A stretch of DNA of 64,000 bases from assembly GCA_045595365.1 (NCBI GenBank), contig JAZOAI010000035.1, forward strand, positions 5,049 to 69,048, in the 5' to 3' direction. The notes beneath the pieces were generated by a model. The model had not been told where the DNA came from. It saw nothing but the letters and a program-made list of their open reading frames with translations, and made no database searches. Shown here piece by piece: positions 29,978-39,720 of this stretch; the stretch's first letter is position 1, and each line of letters opens with the position of its first letter. Made by a program: the position numbers and the translations under genes. This stretch comes from Eubacteriales bacterium (GTDB taxonomy: Bacteria; Bacillota; Clostridia; Oscillospirales; JAAYXM01).

Positions 29978-30781
29978 ATGGATTTGAGGCCTATCGGCGT
30001 TTTTGACTCGGGGCTTGGCGGGCTTACTGCCGTTTCCGAAATAATGCGCCTTCTCCCGGGAGAAAATATAGTATACTTCGGCGATACTGCGCGCGTGCCC
30101 TACGGCACGCGTTCGGATGATACAATCACGCGCTATGCGCGCGAAGACATCGACTTTCTCCGCTCGTTTGACATAAAAGCGATAATTATGGCGTGCGGGA
30201 CCGTCAGTTCCGTATCTCTTCCCGAAATTGAGAAAGACTATGATATACCGATGTTCGGCGTTGTAAAGCCGGCAGCTGCTACGGCGGTTGCGGCAACGAA
30301 GAACGGCCGTGTCGGAATCATCGGCACTTCCGCAACTATAAAAAGCCACTCTTATGAGCGAGAAATTTTGAAGCTTGCACCCTCGGCAGAGCTTTTCTCC
30401 GCGCCGTGCCCATTGTTTGTTCCCCTGGTCGAAAACGGAAGAACAAAAAGCGACGATGTTGTCATAATGACAATGGTTCGTGAATATCTCTCTCCCCTTA
30501 AAGAGCAGGGCGTTGACACGCTCATAATGGGCTGCACCCACTATCCCATCATAGAAAAGGCAATTTCGAGTTTTATGGGAGACACGGTTTCTCTCATTAA
30601 CCCCGGCCTTGAGGCTGCAAAACTGCTTAAGGCTGAGGACAGCATTAAAAAAAGCAACTTAAAACGCGGCAAATATAAATTCTTTGTCTCGGATGATGCC
30701 GAGGGCTTTCTGCAGCACGCCTCCGATTTTCTCGGCGAGGCTCCCTGCGGCGAAGTCGCGCTTGCCCGGGTTGGAAGCTGA
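29978..30781 (+). CDS. murI: Glutamate racemase
   Basis: Trimmed to MDLRPIGVFDSGLGGLT. The two catalytic Cys regions are MACGTVS and GCTHYP. Confidence 0.95.
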   Translation: MDLRPIGVFDSGLGGLTAVSEIMRLLPGENIVYFGDTARVPYGTRSDDTITRYAREDIDFLRSFDIKAIIMACGTVSSVSLPEIEKDYDIPMFGVVKPAAATAVAATKNGRVGIIGTSATIKSHSYEREILKLAPSAELFSAPCPLFVPLVENGRTKSDDVVIMTMVREYLSPLKEQGVDTLIMGCTHYPIIEKAISSFMGDTVSLINPGLEAAKLLKAEDSIKKSNLKRGKYKFFVSDDAEGFLQHASDFLGEAPCGEVALARVGS

Positions 30782-30795
30782 TTACGGAGGATATT

Positions 30796-31230
30796 ATGAA
30801 AAAAGATGTTATAATAACAATACGCGGTCTCCAGAGCTTTGAAGACAGTGGAGATGACAGCGTAGAGCTTGTTACAAGCGGCAGATTTTATGAAAAAAAC
30901 GGATGTTATTATGTTTCCTACAAGGAAAGCGAGCTCACCGGCCTCGGAGACACGACCACAACGGTGAAGATCGAAAAAAATAAGGTTACGGTTATTCGCT
31001 TCGGAGACCTCGAAACGCATTTGATTTTCGAAGAGGGGAAAAAGCATATTTCCTACTACGATATGGGCTTTGGAGCGCTTACCGTAGGAATCAGCACAAA
31101 AAGCATTGACAAAACCCTCTCCGATGACGGCGGGCGGATGAAAATTGATTACGCAATGGAAATCAACAACGCCGTCGCAGGGGAAAGCGCTTTGTGCATG
31201 GACATCCGTGCCGCAGGAATTTCAAACTGA
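30796..31230 (+). CDS. DUF1934 (YwiB-like) beta-barrel protein
   Basis: 144 aa. The pattern ...VELVTSGRFYEKNGCYYVSYKESE...TTTVKIEKNKVTVIRFG... matches the YwiB/DUF1934 family as I remember it. Confidence 0.7.
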   Translation: MKKDVIITIRGLQSFEDSGDDSVELVTSGRFYEKNGCYYVSYKESELTGLGDTTTTVKIEKNKVTVIRFGDLETHLIFEEGKKHISYYDMGFGALTVGISTKSIDKTLSDDGGRMKIDYAMEINNAVAGESALCMDIRAAGISN

Positions 31231-31259
31231 AGAAAAATAATTTAAACGGAGGAAAAACA

Positions 31260-32750
31260 ATGAAAAGAAAGCTTTTGAAAAAAACCGCCTTAATCCTTGC
31301 TCTTGTTTTTTCACTCTCTGTATTTTCATTTGCCGCAGAGATTGATTACGGGGCAGCACTTGACGAAGCTATCGGCATTTATCGCGAAAACAGTCTCTTC
31401 GGAAACCCGAACACAGACTACATACGCCAGGCGCTTATTGATAGCTTCGAAGAGAACCCTGATTTTTTCTATGATTTTCTCAACAAGATTTATGAGAAAA
31501 ACGACCGTTATTCCCACTTTATGGCTCCGCAAACATATGATTCCGCCTACGGCAACACAAACACCATGGTCGGTGTCGGAATCACCATCACTTCATATGA
31601 AGAAAGTGAGCTTCTCACCATCACAAGCGTAGTCCAGGGCGGCCCGGCATCACTTGCGGGTATCTGCGCGGGAGATAAACTTCTCTCGGTTGACGGCACA
31701 AACGTTGAGGACTTCCTCCCTGCCGAAGCCGGAATGGCTATACGCGGAAAGCTCGGAACAGACGTCACTTTGAAGGTTCTTCGCGGAGAAGAAACTCTCT
31801 CCTTCAAGGTTCGCCGCGATGTTGTAAGCCTCTCACACGTCTCTTCATCTATAATAGATGAAAAAATCGGATATCTCCAGCTCAAGTATTTTGACGGCAT
31901 CAACACGTTTATTGACTTTTTGGAAGCCTACCACGGCTTCCGGGATGCCGGTGTCAACACGGTTGTTCTTGATCTTCGCGATAATCGCGGCGGCGATTTG
32001 GACTGCTTCATAAACATCATGGATAACGTTGTCCCCAAAAAAGATGTTCCCTACCTTATGACGTGGCAGGCAAACCCGCTGCAGCTGAAAGTCTTCCAGA
32101 CAGAAGGATATGGCTGGGAATTTAATAAATTTGTTATCCTTATAAACGAAAACACGGCTTCTGCCGCAGAGCTTCTTGCAGGCTCAATGCAAGACCTCGG
32201 ATATGCCGTTGTCGTTGGAAAAACTTCATTCGGCAAGGGAATGGGGCAAAGGCACATTCAGACAAGCACCGGCGATGAAGCGGTTGTCACAGTGCTTGAC
32301 TTAAAGCTTCCGGTAAGCGGAAGCTATGACGGAATAGGAATCAAGCCGGACTATGAGGTTGATATGAAGCTTTCTCCCTACAAGCTTCCGCGCCTTACGG
32401 CACTTAAATCAAAGTCCGCTGCAAGCAAGATTAAACCGGAAAACGTAAAAGCCATCGAAGAAAGGCTCTCTCTTCTCGGATATTTCCACAGAACTCCCGA
32501 CGATGTCTGGGATGCACAGACCGCTTTCGCGATTAATATGTTCTGCCGCGACAATGACCTCCCTGCAATTTCTTCGATATGCAAATGGGAAACGATTGAG
32601 AAGATTGATGGCAAAACACGCGAGCTTGAAGAAAAAATGCTTGTTACGGATACCCAGCTTGAGCGCGCGATGCAGCTTGCGGAGGAATACGCAAAATCTG
32701 ACAAAAAAGCTGAGTGTATTGACCTTGATTTGATAGATTTTGTAAGATAA
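31260..32750 (+). CDS. S41-family C-terminal processing peptidase with PDZ domain and C-terminal peptidoglycan-binding domain
   Basis: Trimmed to MKRKLLKKTALILALVFSLSVFSFA (signal peptide). Catalytic Ser region NENTASAAELLAG and Lys region GKTSFGKG. C-terminal PG_binding_1-like LSLLGYF...DAQTAFAINMF. Confidence 0.85.
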   Translation: MKRKLLKKTALILALVFSLSVFSFAAEIDYGAALDEAIGIYRENSLFGNPNTDYIRQALIDSFEENPDFFYDFLNKIYEKNDRYSHFMAPQTYDSAYGNTNTMVGVGITITSYEESELLTITSVVQGGPASLAGICAGDKLLSVDGTNVEDFLPAEAGMAIRGKLGTDVTLKVLRGEETLSFKVRRDVVSLSHVSSSIIDEKIGYLQLKYFDGINTFIDFLEAYHGFRDAGVNTVVLDLRDNRGGDLDCFINIMDNVVPKKDVPYLMTWQANPLQLKVFQTEGYGWEFNKFVILINENTASAAELLAGSMQDLGYAVVVGKTSFGKGMGQRHIQTSTGDEAVVTVLDLKLPVSGSYDGIGIKPDYEVDMKLSPYKLPRLTALKSKSAASKIKPENVKAIEERLSLLGYFHRTPDDVWDAQTAFAINMFCRDNDLPAISSICKWETIEKIDGKTRELEEKMLVTDTQLERAMQLAEEYAKSDKKAECIDLDLIDFVR

Positions 32751-32773
32751 TTAAAGTTTTTTTGCAAAAAAAC

Positions 32774-32802
32774 TTGCAATTTTCGGATATATATGGTATA
32801 CT
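32774..32802 (+). promoter_or_regulatory. SigA promoter (extended -10) of the rimP-nusA-infB operon
   Basis: ttgcaa (32774-32779), a 17-nt spacer ending in TGg, then tatact (32797-32802). Confidence 0.65.
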
Positions 32803-32879
32803 CACCATATAGTAGGTAAGTAAGAATTCGAGAGTGGGCGAACGCGTCCACTCTCGTACTACTTGTAAGGGGTGTTTTT

Positions 32880-33335
32880 TTGAATAAGATTACAGAAACA
32901 ATTTCCGGGCTTGCCACGCCCATAGCCGAGAAATTAGGGCTTGAAATCTGGGATGTCGACTTTGTAAAAGAGGGCGGCGAAAGGTATCTTCGCGTCTATA
33001 TTGACCGGGAAGGCGGAGTTTCGATAAACGACTGCGAAGCCTTCTCCCGCGCCTTTGACAAAATCCTTGATGAGGCTGATCCGATTGAAGAATCATACAT
33101 CTTCGAGGTGTCAAGCGCGGGGCTTGAGAGGCGGCTTTACCGCCCGTCCGATTTTGAGAGGTATATGGGAAGCCCCGTAACCCTCAAAACCTTTTCTCCA
33201 AAGGACGGCAAAAAAGAATTCTTCGGCAATCTCGAGTCGTATAACGACGGCGATGTTACGCTCTCCTCAGACGGGGAGATGATAAGCTTTGCAAAAAAAG
33301 AGATTGCATCTGTAAGGCTTCGTGTTGAATTTTAA
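32880..33335 (+). CDS. rimP: Ribosome maturation factor RimP
   Basis: TTG start, 151 aa. ...ERYLRVYIDREGGVSINDCEAFSR... is typical of RimP, as is the position upstream of nusA. Confidence 0.92.
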   Translation: MNKITETISGLATPIAEKLGLEIWDVDFVKEGGERYLRVYIDREGGVSINDCEAFSRAFDKILDEADPIEESYIFEVSSAGLERRLYRPSDFERYMGSPVTLKTFSPKDGKKEFFGNLESYNDGDVTLSSDGEMISFAKKEIASVRLRVEF

Positions 33336-33374
33336 AGATTAAATAAAATAAAATATAAAGGGGACGATTAAAAA

Positions 33375-34433
33375 ATGAACGCAGAATTTTTTGCTGCCAT
33401 CGCGCAGCTTGAGGCGGAAAAAGGAATTCCGCAGGACTATATGCTCGAGAGAGTTGCTCAGGCTCTTCTTGCGGCATACAAGCGCGACAACGCAGGAGTC
33501 GTTGAAAACGTATTTGTCGAGCCTGACGTTGAGAAAAAAGAAATCCGTATGTTTGCTAAAAAAGTTGTCGTCGAGGCGGTTGAAAACCCCGCCGAGGAAA
33601 TCGCACTTGACGATGCGAAAAAGTATTCCAAAAAAGCCGGCATCGGAGATGTTGTAAGCATTGACATTTCGACCCGCGACTTTGGGCGAATCGCCGCTCA
33701 GACTGCAAAGCAGGTCATCATCCAGGGTATCCGCGAGGCTGAGCGCGGCGTTGTGTTCCGCGAGTTCACCTCGAAAGAACACGAGCTTCTCACAGCTCTT
33801 GTCACCCGCACCGACCCCCGAAACGGCGGCGCTTCAATTGAAATTTCAGGTTCAAAAGACAAAACAGAAATCTATCTCGGTGCCAAGGAGCAGATTCCCG
33901 GCGAGGTTCTCCGCGAGGGAGACCGCGTAAAAATCTATGTCGTCGAAGTCAAGCGCTCCGACCGTGGCCCGCAGATTATAATTTCAAGAACTCATCCCGG
34001 TCTTGTCCGCCGTCTGTTTGAAATCGAGGTTCCCGAAATTCACGACGGAACAGTTGAGATTAAAAGCATTGCACGCGAGGCAGGCTCCAGAACAAAGATT
34101 GCAGTTTCAACAAACGATGCAAACGTCGACCCCATCGGTGCCTGCGTAGGCCCGCACGGCAATCGCGTTGCGGCGATCGTAGATGAAATCCGCGGTGAGA
34201 AAATCGATATAGTCAAGTTTTCAGATGACATCAGCGAATTCGTTGCGGCAGCTCTTGCCCCTGCAAGCGTCATATCGGTTGATGCAGACGAAGAAGCTCA
34301 TTCCTGCCGCGTTATTGTCGAGGATGACCAGCTTTCTCTTGCAATAGGTAAGGACGGCCAAAACGCCCGCCTTGCCGCAAAGCTCACGGGGTACAAAATT
34401 GATATAAAACCTGCAAGCAGCATTTCCCAGTAA
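33375..34433 (+). CDS. nusA: Transcription termination/antitermination factor NusA
   Basis: N-terminal domain, S1 and two KH domains (GACVGPHGNRV, LAIGKDGQNARLAAKLTG). Confidence 0.97.
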   Translation: MNAEFFAAIAQLEAEKGIPQDYMLERVAQALLAAYKRDNAGVVENVFVEPDVEKKEIRMFAKKVVVEAVENPAEEIALDDAKKYSKKAGIGDVVSIDISTRDFGRIAAQTAKQVIIQGIREAERGVVFREFTSKEHELLTALVTRTDPRNGGASIEISGSKDKTEIYLGAKEQIPGEVLREGDRVKIYVVEVKRSDRGPQIIISRTHPGLVRRLFEIEVPEIHDGTVEIKSIAREAGSRTKIAVSTNDANVDPIGACVGPHGNRVAAIVDEIRGEKIDIVKFSDDISEFVAAALAPASVISVDADEEAHSCRVIVEDDQLSLAIGKDGQNARLAAKLTGYKIDIKPASSISQ

Positions 34434-34456
34434 GCCGGCAAGGTGGTGTCTGTGAT

Positions 34457-34735
34457 ATGACAAAGGAAAAAAAGAGCCCGAGGCGCTTATGCGTTGCGTG
34501 CAGAGAAATGTGCGAGAAGCGCGAGCTTGTTCGCATCACAAAGTCAAAAACCGGCGAAATCTCTCTTGACGTGACCGGAAAAGCTCCCGGCAGAGGCGCA
34601 TATATATGCAAAAACAAAAGCTGTTTGCAAAAAGCTCAGAAAACCCGCGCGCTTGAACGGGCTTTTTCTCAGAACATAACGGAAGAAGTTTACGCCGCTC
34701 TCCAGTCCTCGCTTTCGGAGGTTTGTGATGAGTGA
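34457..34735 (+). CDS. ylxR: YlxR/RnpM-family (DUF448) RNA-binding protein
   Basis: RRLCVACREM...RELVRI...GRGAYIC motif. 92 aa. Conserved position after nusA. Confidence 0.9.
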   Translation: MTKEKKSPRRLCVACREMCEKRELVRITKSKTGEISLDVTGKAPGRGAYICKNKSCLQKAQKTRALERAFSQNITEEVYAALQSSLSEVCDE

Positions 34736-35120
34736 TTCATACTTAAACCTTTTAGGCCTTGCCCGAAGGGCAGGGATGCTTGAGGCAGGAGACGAAGCTA
34801 CAAAGGGGGCAATCGCAAGAGGCGCAGCAAGGCTTCTTCTTATCGCGGCTGACTCGTCGGAGAGAACCCGCGAAACCTTTGAGTTTATTGCCGAAAGCTC
34901 GGCTCTTTCGCATATTACCGTTTCAGAAACCCGCGAAGAGCTTGGAAACGCCATTGGGAAGCGCCCATGCGCAGTTGTCGCTCTCTGCGATACAGGTTTC
35001 TGCGCGGCAATTTTAAAAAAGCTCGCCGATGGAAACGATGAGGCGAGGTCGCTTCTCCCTCACTTTGAACAGAAGGCAGAAAGAGCGAAACGGCGAAAAA
35101 AGACAACCCGCAAACAATAA
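34725..35120 (+). CDS. ylxQ: L7Ae-family ribosomal-protein-like protein (YlxQ-like) with basic C-terminal tail
   Basis: LNLLGLARRAGMLEAGDEAT...LLLIAADSS is typical of YlxQ/L7Ae. Position between ylxR and infB. Confidence 0.8.
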   Translation: MMSDSYLNLLGLARRAGMLEAGDEATKGAIARGAARLLLIAADSSERTRETFEFIAESSALSHITVSETREELGNAIGKRPCAVVALCDTGFCAAILKKLADGNDEARSLLPHFEQKAERAKRRKKTTRKQ

Positions 35121-35150
35121 ATACGAATTCAAACGGAGGTGGAATACTGT

Positions 35151-37484
35151 ATGAGCAGTGCACAGAAATACAGAGTCCGCGATTTGGCGAAGGACTTTGG
35201 AATTACAGCAAAGGCTGTTACGGAAATTCTGACAAAATATTCCGAAGCACCCAAATCAAATATGCAGGCACTTACAGATGACGAACTCAATATAATTTTT
35301 GACGTTCTTACAATCCAGAATCAGGTGGAGAGCTTTGAAAGCCTTATGTCGGAAACTTACCACGAGGAAGCTCCCAAGGAAGAACCCGCAAAAGAAGAAA
35401 AGAAGCAGCCTTCTCCCGAAAAGAAGGAAAAGGCAAAGCCTGCCGCCGCAAGCGCACCCGCAAAGGGCGACAAAACTGACGGCGCCGCAAGCGTCACCAC
35501 AAAGAAGGGCGTTCAGACTCACGTTATCGACACGCGCGGCGGAAGTGTTGACCTTTCGAAATACGACGACAGCGTCGACAACCTTGTTCCCGACAGTGTT
35601 CGTGACATCGGAACAATAAAGCAGAAAATCAAGAAGTCTCCTGACCGCAAGCAGCAGAATTTCGGCTCGAAGCGCCGCCAGGAGGAACAGGAGAAAATGA
35701 AGAAGCTTGAGGCTCAGGTTCAGAAGAAGCCTCAGCTCACGGTTATGATTCCCGACGAAATCTCAGTCGGCGAGCTCGCCTCCCGAATGAAGAGAACGGG
35801 GGCTGACGTTGTAAAACAGCTTATCAAGCTTGGTGTTATGGCATCTCTTTCAGATGTTATCGACTACGACACCGCCGCTATCGTTGCTCTTGAAATGGGC
35901 GCGAAGGTGGAAAAGGAAATTATAATAACAATCGAGGATAAGCTTATTGACGAAAGCGTTGACCGCGAAGAAGACCTTCTCCCGCGCGACCCGGTTGTTG
36001 TCGTTATGGGTCACGTTGACCACGGCAAAACCTCGCTTCTTGACGCCGTCAGAAAAACAAACGTTGTTTCCGGTGAAGCCGGCGGAATCACCCAGCATAT
36101 CGGTGCTTATCGCGTAGATATAAACGGAAGAAAGATCACCTTCCTCGACACCCCGGGCCACGAGGCATTTACCTCTATGCGCGCCCGCGGCGCTCAGGTT
36201 ACTGACGTTGTAATCCTCGTTGTTGCAGCGGATGACGGAATCATGCCGCAGACGGTTGAGGCTATTAACCACGCAAAGGCCGCAGGAGTTCCGATAGTTG
36301 TTGCAATCAACAAGATGGATGCCGAGGGTGCAAACCCCGACCGCATCAAGCAACAGCTCACGGAATATGAACTCGTCGCAGAGGAATGGGGCGGAAACAC
36401 CATAGTCTGCCCGATTTCCGCAAAGCTCGGAGACGGTATTGACGAGCTTCTCGAAATGGTAATCCTCACTGCCGATATGCTCGACCTCAAGGCTAACCCC
36501 AACAGAAGCGCAAAGGGAACGGTTGTCGAAGCGAAGCTTGACCGCGGCCGCGGCCCTGTTGCAACGCTTCTTGTTTCAAACGGAACTCTTAACGCAGGCG
36601 ATGTCATCATCGCAGGCACAAGTGTCGGCAGAATCCGCGCAATGACAGACGACAAGGGAAGAAAGATGAAAACTGCAGGCCCCTCCGTTCCTGTTGAAAT
36701 CATTGGTCTTTCCGAAGTCCCGAACGCCGGTGACATATTCTACGCCGTTGATGACGAGCGTATGGCACGCGAGCTTGTCGAGCAGCGCAAGCAGACAGAA
36801 AAGGACGAAATCAACAAAGCTTCGGCGCGCAAGGTTTCTCTTGAAGACCTCTTTGATCAGATTCAGCAGGGCGAAATCAAGGAGCTTCCGATTATTGTCA
36901 AGGCTGACGTTAAGGGCTCGGCAGAAGCTGTCAAGGCTTCTCTTGAGAAGCTCTCAAACGAAGAGGTTCGCGTTCGCGTTATCCACGCAGGCGTAGGCGG
37001 AATCAACGAGTCCGATATTCTTCTTGCCTCCGCTTCAAATGCTATTGTCGTCGGATTCAATGTCCGCCCCGATTCAAGTGCGCGCGACAGTGCTGCCGCA
37101 TCAGGAACGGACATCAGGCTTTACCGCATAATCTACGACTGCATCGAAGAAATCGAAGCAGCTATGAAGGGGCTTCTTGCACCCACCTTCCGCGAGGAGG
37201 TTCTCGGGCACGCTGAAATCCGCCAGACCTTCAAGGTTTCAAAGGTCGGAACAATCGCAGGCTGCCACGTTACAGACGGTAAGATCATCAGAACCGCAAG
37301 TGTCAGAGTTGTCCGCGACAACATCGTTGTCTTTGAAGGCCAGCTTGCCTCACTCAAGAGATTCAAGGATGATGCGAAGGAAGTCAGCTCCGGATACGAG
37401 TGCGGCTTGAGCGTTGAAAACTTTAACGATATAAAAGAGGGTGACGTCATCGAGGCGTACACCATGGTAGAAGTAAAGGAATAA
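35151..37484 (+). CDS. infB: Translation initiation factor IF-2
   Basis: The ATG at 35151 follows a ggaggtgg RBS. G-domain [28 protein letters not shown]. Confidence 0.97.
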   Translation: MSSAQKYRVRDLAKDFGITAKAVTEILTKYSEAPKSNMQALTDDELNIIFDVLTIQNQVESFESLMSETYHEEAPKEEPAKEEKKQPSPEKKEKAKPAAASAPAKGDKTDGAASVTTKKGVQTHVIDTRGGSVDLSKYDDSVDNLVPDSVRDIGTIKQKIKKSPDRKQQNFGSKRRQEEQEKMKKLEAQVQKKPQLTVMIPDEISVGELASRMKRTGADVVKQLIKLGVMASLSDVIDYDTAAIVALEMGAKVEKEIIITIEDKLIDESVDREEDLLPRDPVVVVMGHVDHGKTSLLDAVRKTNVVSGEAGGITQHIGAYRVDINGRKITFLDTPGHEAFTSMRARGAQVTDVVILVVAADDGIMPQTVEAINHAKAAGVPIVVAINKMDAEGANPDRIKQQLTEYELVAEEWGGNTIVCPISAKLGDGIDELLEMVILTADMLDLKANPNRSAKGTVVEAKLDRGRGPVATLLVSNGTLNAGDVIIAGTSVGRIRAMTDDKGRKMKTAGPSVPVEIIGLSEVPNAGDIFYAVDDERMARELVEQRKQTEKDEINKASARKVSLEDLFDQIQQGEIKELPIIVKADVKGSAEAVKASLEKLSNEEVRVRVIHAGVGGINESDILLASASNAIVVGFNVRPDSSARDSAAASGTDIRLYRIIYDCIEEIEAAMKGLLAPTFREEVLGHAEIRQTFKVSKVGTIAGCHVTDGKIIRTASVRVVRDNIVVFEGQLASLKRFKDDAKEVSSGYECGLSVENFNDIKEGDVIEAYTMVEVKE

Positions 37485-37488
37485 CATT

Positions 37489-38793
37489 ATGGGAAGTGTT
37501 CGTATAGGGCGCGTCAATGACGAGCTTATGAGAATTCTCGCAGAGCTTATCCGCACAGTGCGCGACCCCAGAGTTTCAGGGCTTGTGAGCATTGTTCACG
37601 TGGAAACCGCGCCCGATCTCGGAAGTGCCAAGGTTTTTATCAGCGTTCTCGGCGATGAAGAAAAGCGCCGAGACTGTCTCCGCGGTCTCCGCGCAGCATC
37701 GGGATACCTGCGCCGCGAAGCGGCAAAACGGCTTCGTCTCCGCTACACCCCCGAGCTCACCTTTATCGATGATGACTCAATAGTATCGGGAACCCACATA
37801 ATGGAGCTTATCGAAAACGTTTCCCGACGCGACAAGGAAAAGAAAATGCTCACACCGGAAGGTGTTGCGGATTTTCTTAAAACGCGCGATAACATTCTCA
37901 TTCTTACACACAAAAGCCCTGACGGCGACACTACGGGCAGTGCCGCCGCGCTCTGCCTTGCGCTCCGGGGCGCAGGCAAAGAGGCGTATGTTTTTGAAAA
38001 CCCCGAATTTTCAGAAAAGCTTTACCGCCGCGCGCGCACATTCTTCCCCACAGAGAGTTTTTCTCCCTCCTGCATTGTTGCGGTTGACGTTGCTGACCCG
38101 GCGCTTTTGTGCCCCGGGTGCGAGGATTTTGCAGACAGAATCGACCTCGCAATAGACCACCACGTCACGCACGTCTCCTATGCGGGAAGAGAGTGTGTCA
38201 TTCCCGGTGCCGCCGCATGCGGAGAAATCATTTTTGACGTAATAAAAGCACTTTCCGCAAAGCTTACAAAAAAGCTTTCGGATCTTCTGTATATCGCAAT
38301 CGCAACAGACACGGGAAGGTTTCTTCATTCCAACACCACTCCCGAAAGCCACCGGAAGGCAGCAGAGCTTATCGCGCAGGGAGCCGACTTTACCGGGATA
38401 AACAGAGAGTTTTTCACTGAAAAAACTAAGAGCCGGATTGCTCTTGAAGCAGAAATTTTGTCAGGACTTAAGCTGTACTTCGGCGGCCGCGTTTCGGTTA
38501 TCAGAATGACTCGTGAAATGGTCGAGCGAAACCGCGCCACAACCGACGACACCGACAGCATTTCGGCTCTTGCAAGAGTTGTCAAGGGTGTTGTTCTCGG
38601 AGTTTATATTCACGAAAAGGAAAACGAGGTAAAAATCTCTCTTCGCTCTGACGGAAGCATAAGTTGTGCCGAGTTTTGCCGGAACTTCGGAGGTGGAGGC
38701 CACGACGGTGCTGCAGGTTGTTCAATGACCTGCGGGATTGACGAGGCCGAAGATCGCATAATCAAAAAAATTGAAGAGCTTGAACTTTTTTAA
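37489..38793 (+). CDS. rbfA: In-frame fusion of ribosome-binding factor A (aa 1-~115) with a DHH/DHHA1 phosphoesterase (NrnA-like, aa ~120-434)
   Basis: RbfA signature RIGRVNDELMRILAELI...KVFISVLG...LRYTPELTF. Then an internal Met120 (37846) is followed by ILILTHKSPDGDTTGS, AIDHHV (DHH) and GGGGHDGAAG (DHHA1). No stop codon lies between the two parts. Confidence 0.85.
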   Translation: MGSVRIGRVNDELMRILAELIRTVRDPRVSGLVSIVHVETAPDLGSAKVFISVLGDEEKRRDCLRGLRAASGYLRREAAKRLRLRYTPELTFIDDDSIVSGTHIMELIENVSRRDKEKKMLTPEGVADFLKTRDNILILTHKSPDGDTTGSAAALCLALRGAGKEAYVFENPEFSEKLYRRARTFFPTESFSPSCIVAVDVADPALLCPGCEDFADRIDLAIDHHVTHVSYAGRECVIPGAAACGEIIFDVIKALSAKLTKKLSDLLYIAIATDTGRFLHSNTTPESHRKAAELIAQGADFTGINREFFTEKTKSRIALEAEILSGLKLYFGGRVSVIRMTREMVERNRATTDDTDSISALARVVKGVVLGVYIHEKENEVKISLRSDGSISCAEFCRNFGGGGHDGAAGCSMTCGIDEAEDRIIKKIEELELF

Positions 38794-38862
38794 GGATATT
38801 TGCGGAACACATTTGTGCTCCGCAATGTCTGTTTCAGGCGATATGCCTGAGAAAGGTAGTAA

Positions 38863-39720
38863 ATGAACGGAATTGTAATTGTTGACAAGCCTCAGGGGAT
38901 CACGTCTCACGATGTTGTTTCTCGGATGAGGCGCATATTCAAAACGCGGCGCGTCGGTCATTCAGGCACTCTTGACCCCCTCGCCACGGGGGTTCTCCCG
39001 ATATTTATCGGGCGGGCCACGAGGGCGTGTGAATTCGCGCTGTGCGATGAGAAAAAATATATTGCAACGCTAAGGCTCGGGCTTTCGACCGACACGCAGG
39101 ACATTACGGGTGAAATTGTCTCAGAAAGCCCCGTTTCGCTCTCTTGCGAGGAGGTCATCGCCGTTTGCAAAAGCTTTGAGGGTGAAAGCCTGCAGACTCC
39201 ACCGATGTACTCCGCAATTAAGATAGACGGCATCCCCCTCTATAAGCTTGCGCGCGAAGGAAAAGAGGTTGAGCGAAAAGCCCGCGAAATCAACATTTCA
39301 GAGATTTCCGCCCGCCATATTTCGGAAAACGACTATGAAATTGAAGTTTCCTGCTCAAAGGGCACATACATAAGAACGCTTATCTATGACATCGGCCAAA
39401 AGCTCGGCTGTGGCGCGTGTATGACAACGCTTCGCAGAACAAAGTCGGGGGTTTTTGAAATTGCAGATGCGAGAACAATAGAAGAAATCGAAGTCTCCCC
39501 TTCCGTCTTGCCTGTTGACTTTATGTTCTCGGAATACGAAGCGGTCACGATAGACCCGGCGGGCGAGAAAAAATGCCGCAACGGAGCAGATGTTCCGTAT
39601 AATGCAGAGCGCGGCAAGGTTTTTCGCGTTTACGGAGAGAGCGGAGAGTTTTTGATGCTCGCAAAAGGCGGAGAGCGCGGCGAGCTTTGTACTGTAAAAA
39701 GCTTTTTTGAGGTGAACTGA
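38863..39720 (+). CDS. truB: tRNA pseudouridine(55) synthase
   Basis: GIVIVDKPQGITSHDVV and the catalytic-Asp motif VGHSGTLDPLATGVL. Confidence 0.95.
   Translation: MNGIVIVDKPQGITSHDVVSRMRRIFKTRRVGHSGTLDPLATGVLPIFIGRATRACEFALCDEKKYIATLRLGLSTDTQDITGEIVSESPVSLSCEEVIAVCKSFEGESLQTPPMYSAIKIDGIPLYKLAREGKEVERKAREINISEISARHISENDYEIEVSCSKGTYIRTLIYDIGQKLGCGACMTTLRRTKSGVFEIADARTIEEIEVSPSVLPVDFMFSEYEAVTIDPAGEKKCRNGADVPYNAERGKVFRVYGESGEFLMLAKGGERGELCTVKSFFEVN

Noticed and set aside
29552-30541. 329-aa ORF on the - strand spanning the ddl/murI junction
   Set aside because: It is fully antisense to two well-supported, highly conserved genes. The translation is Arg/Ser/Cys-rich with no recognisable motifs. 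It is the typical shadow ORF of the coding strand's codon pattern.
32751-32775. AT-only palindromes (aagttttttt/aaaaaaactt at about 32754-32775; a similar one after uvrA at about 17668-17688) considered as terminators
   Set aside because: The stems consist only of A-T pairs and would be very unstable. They are not reported as terminators.
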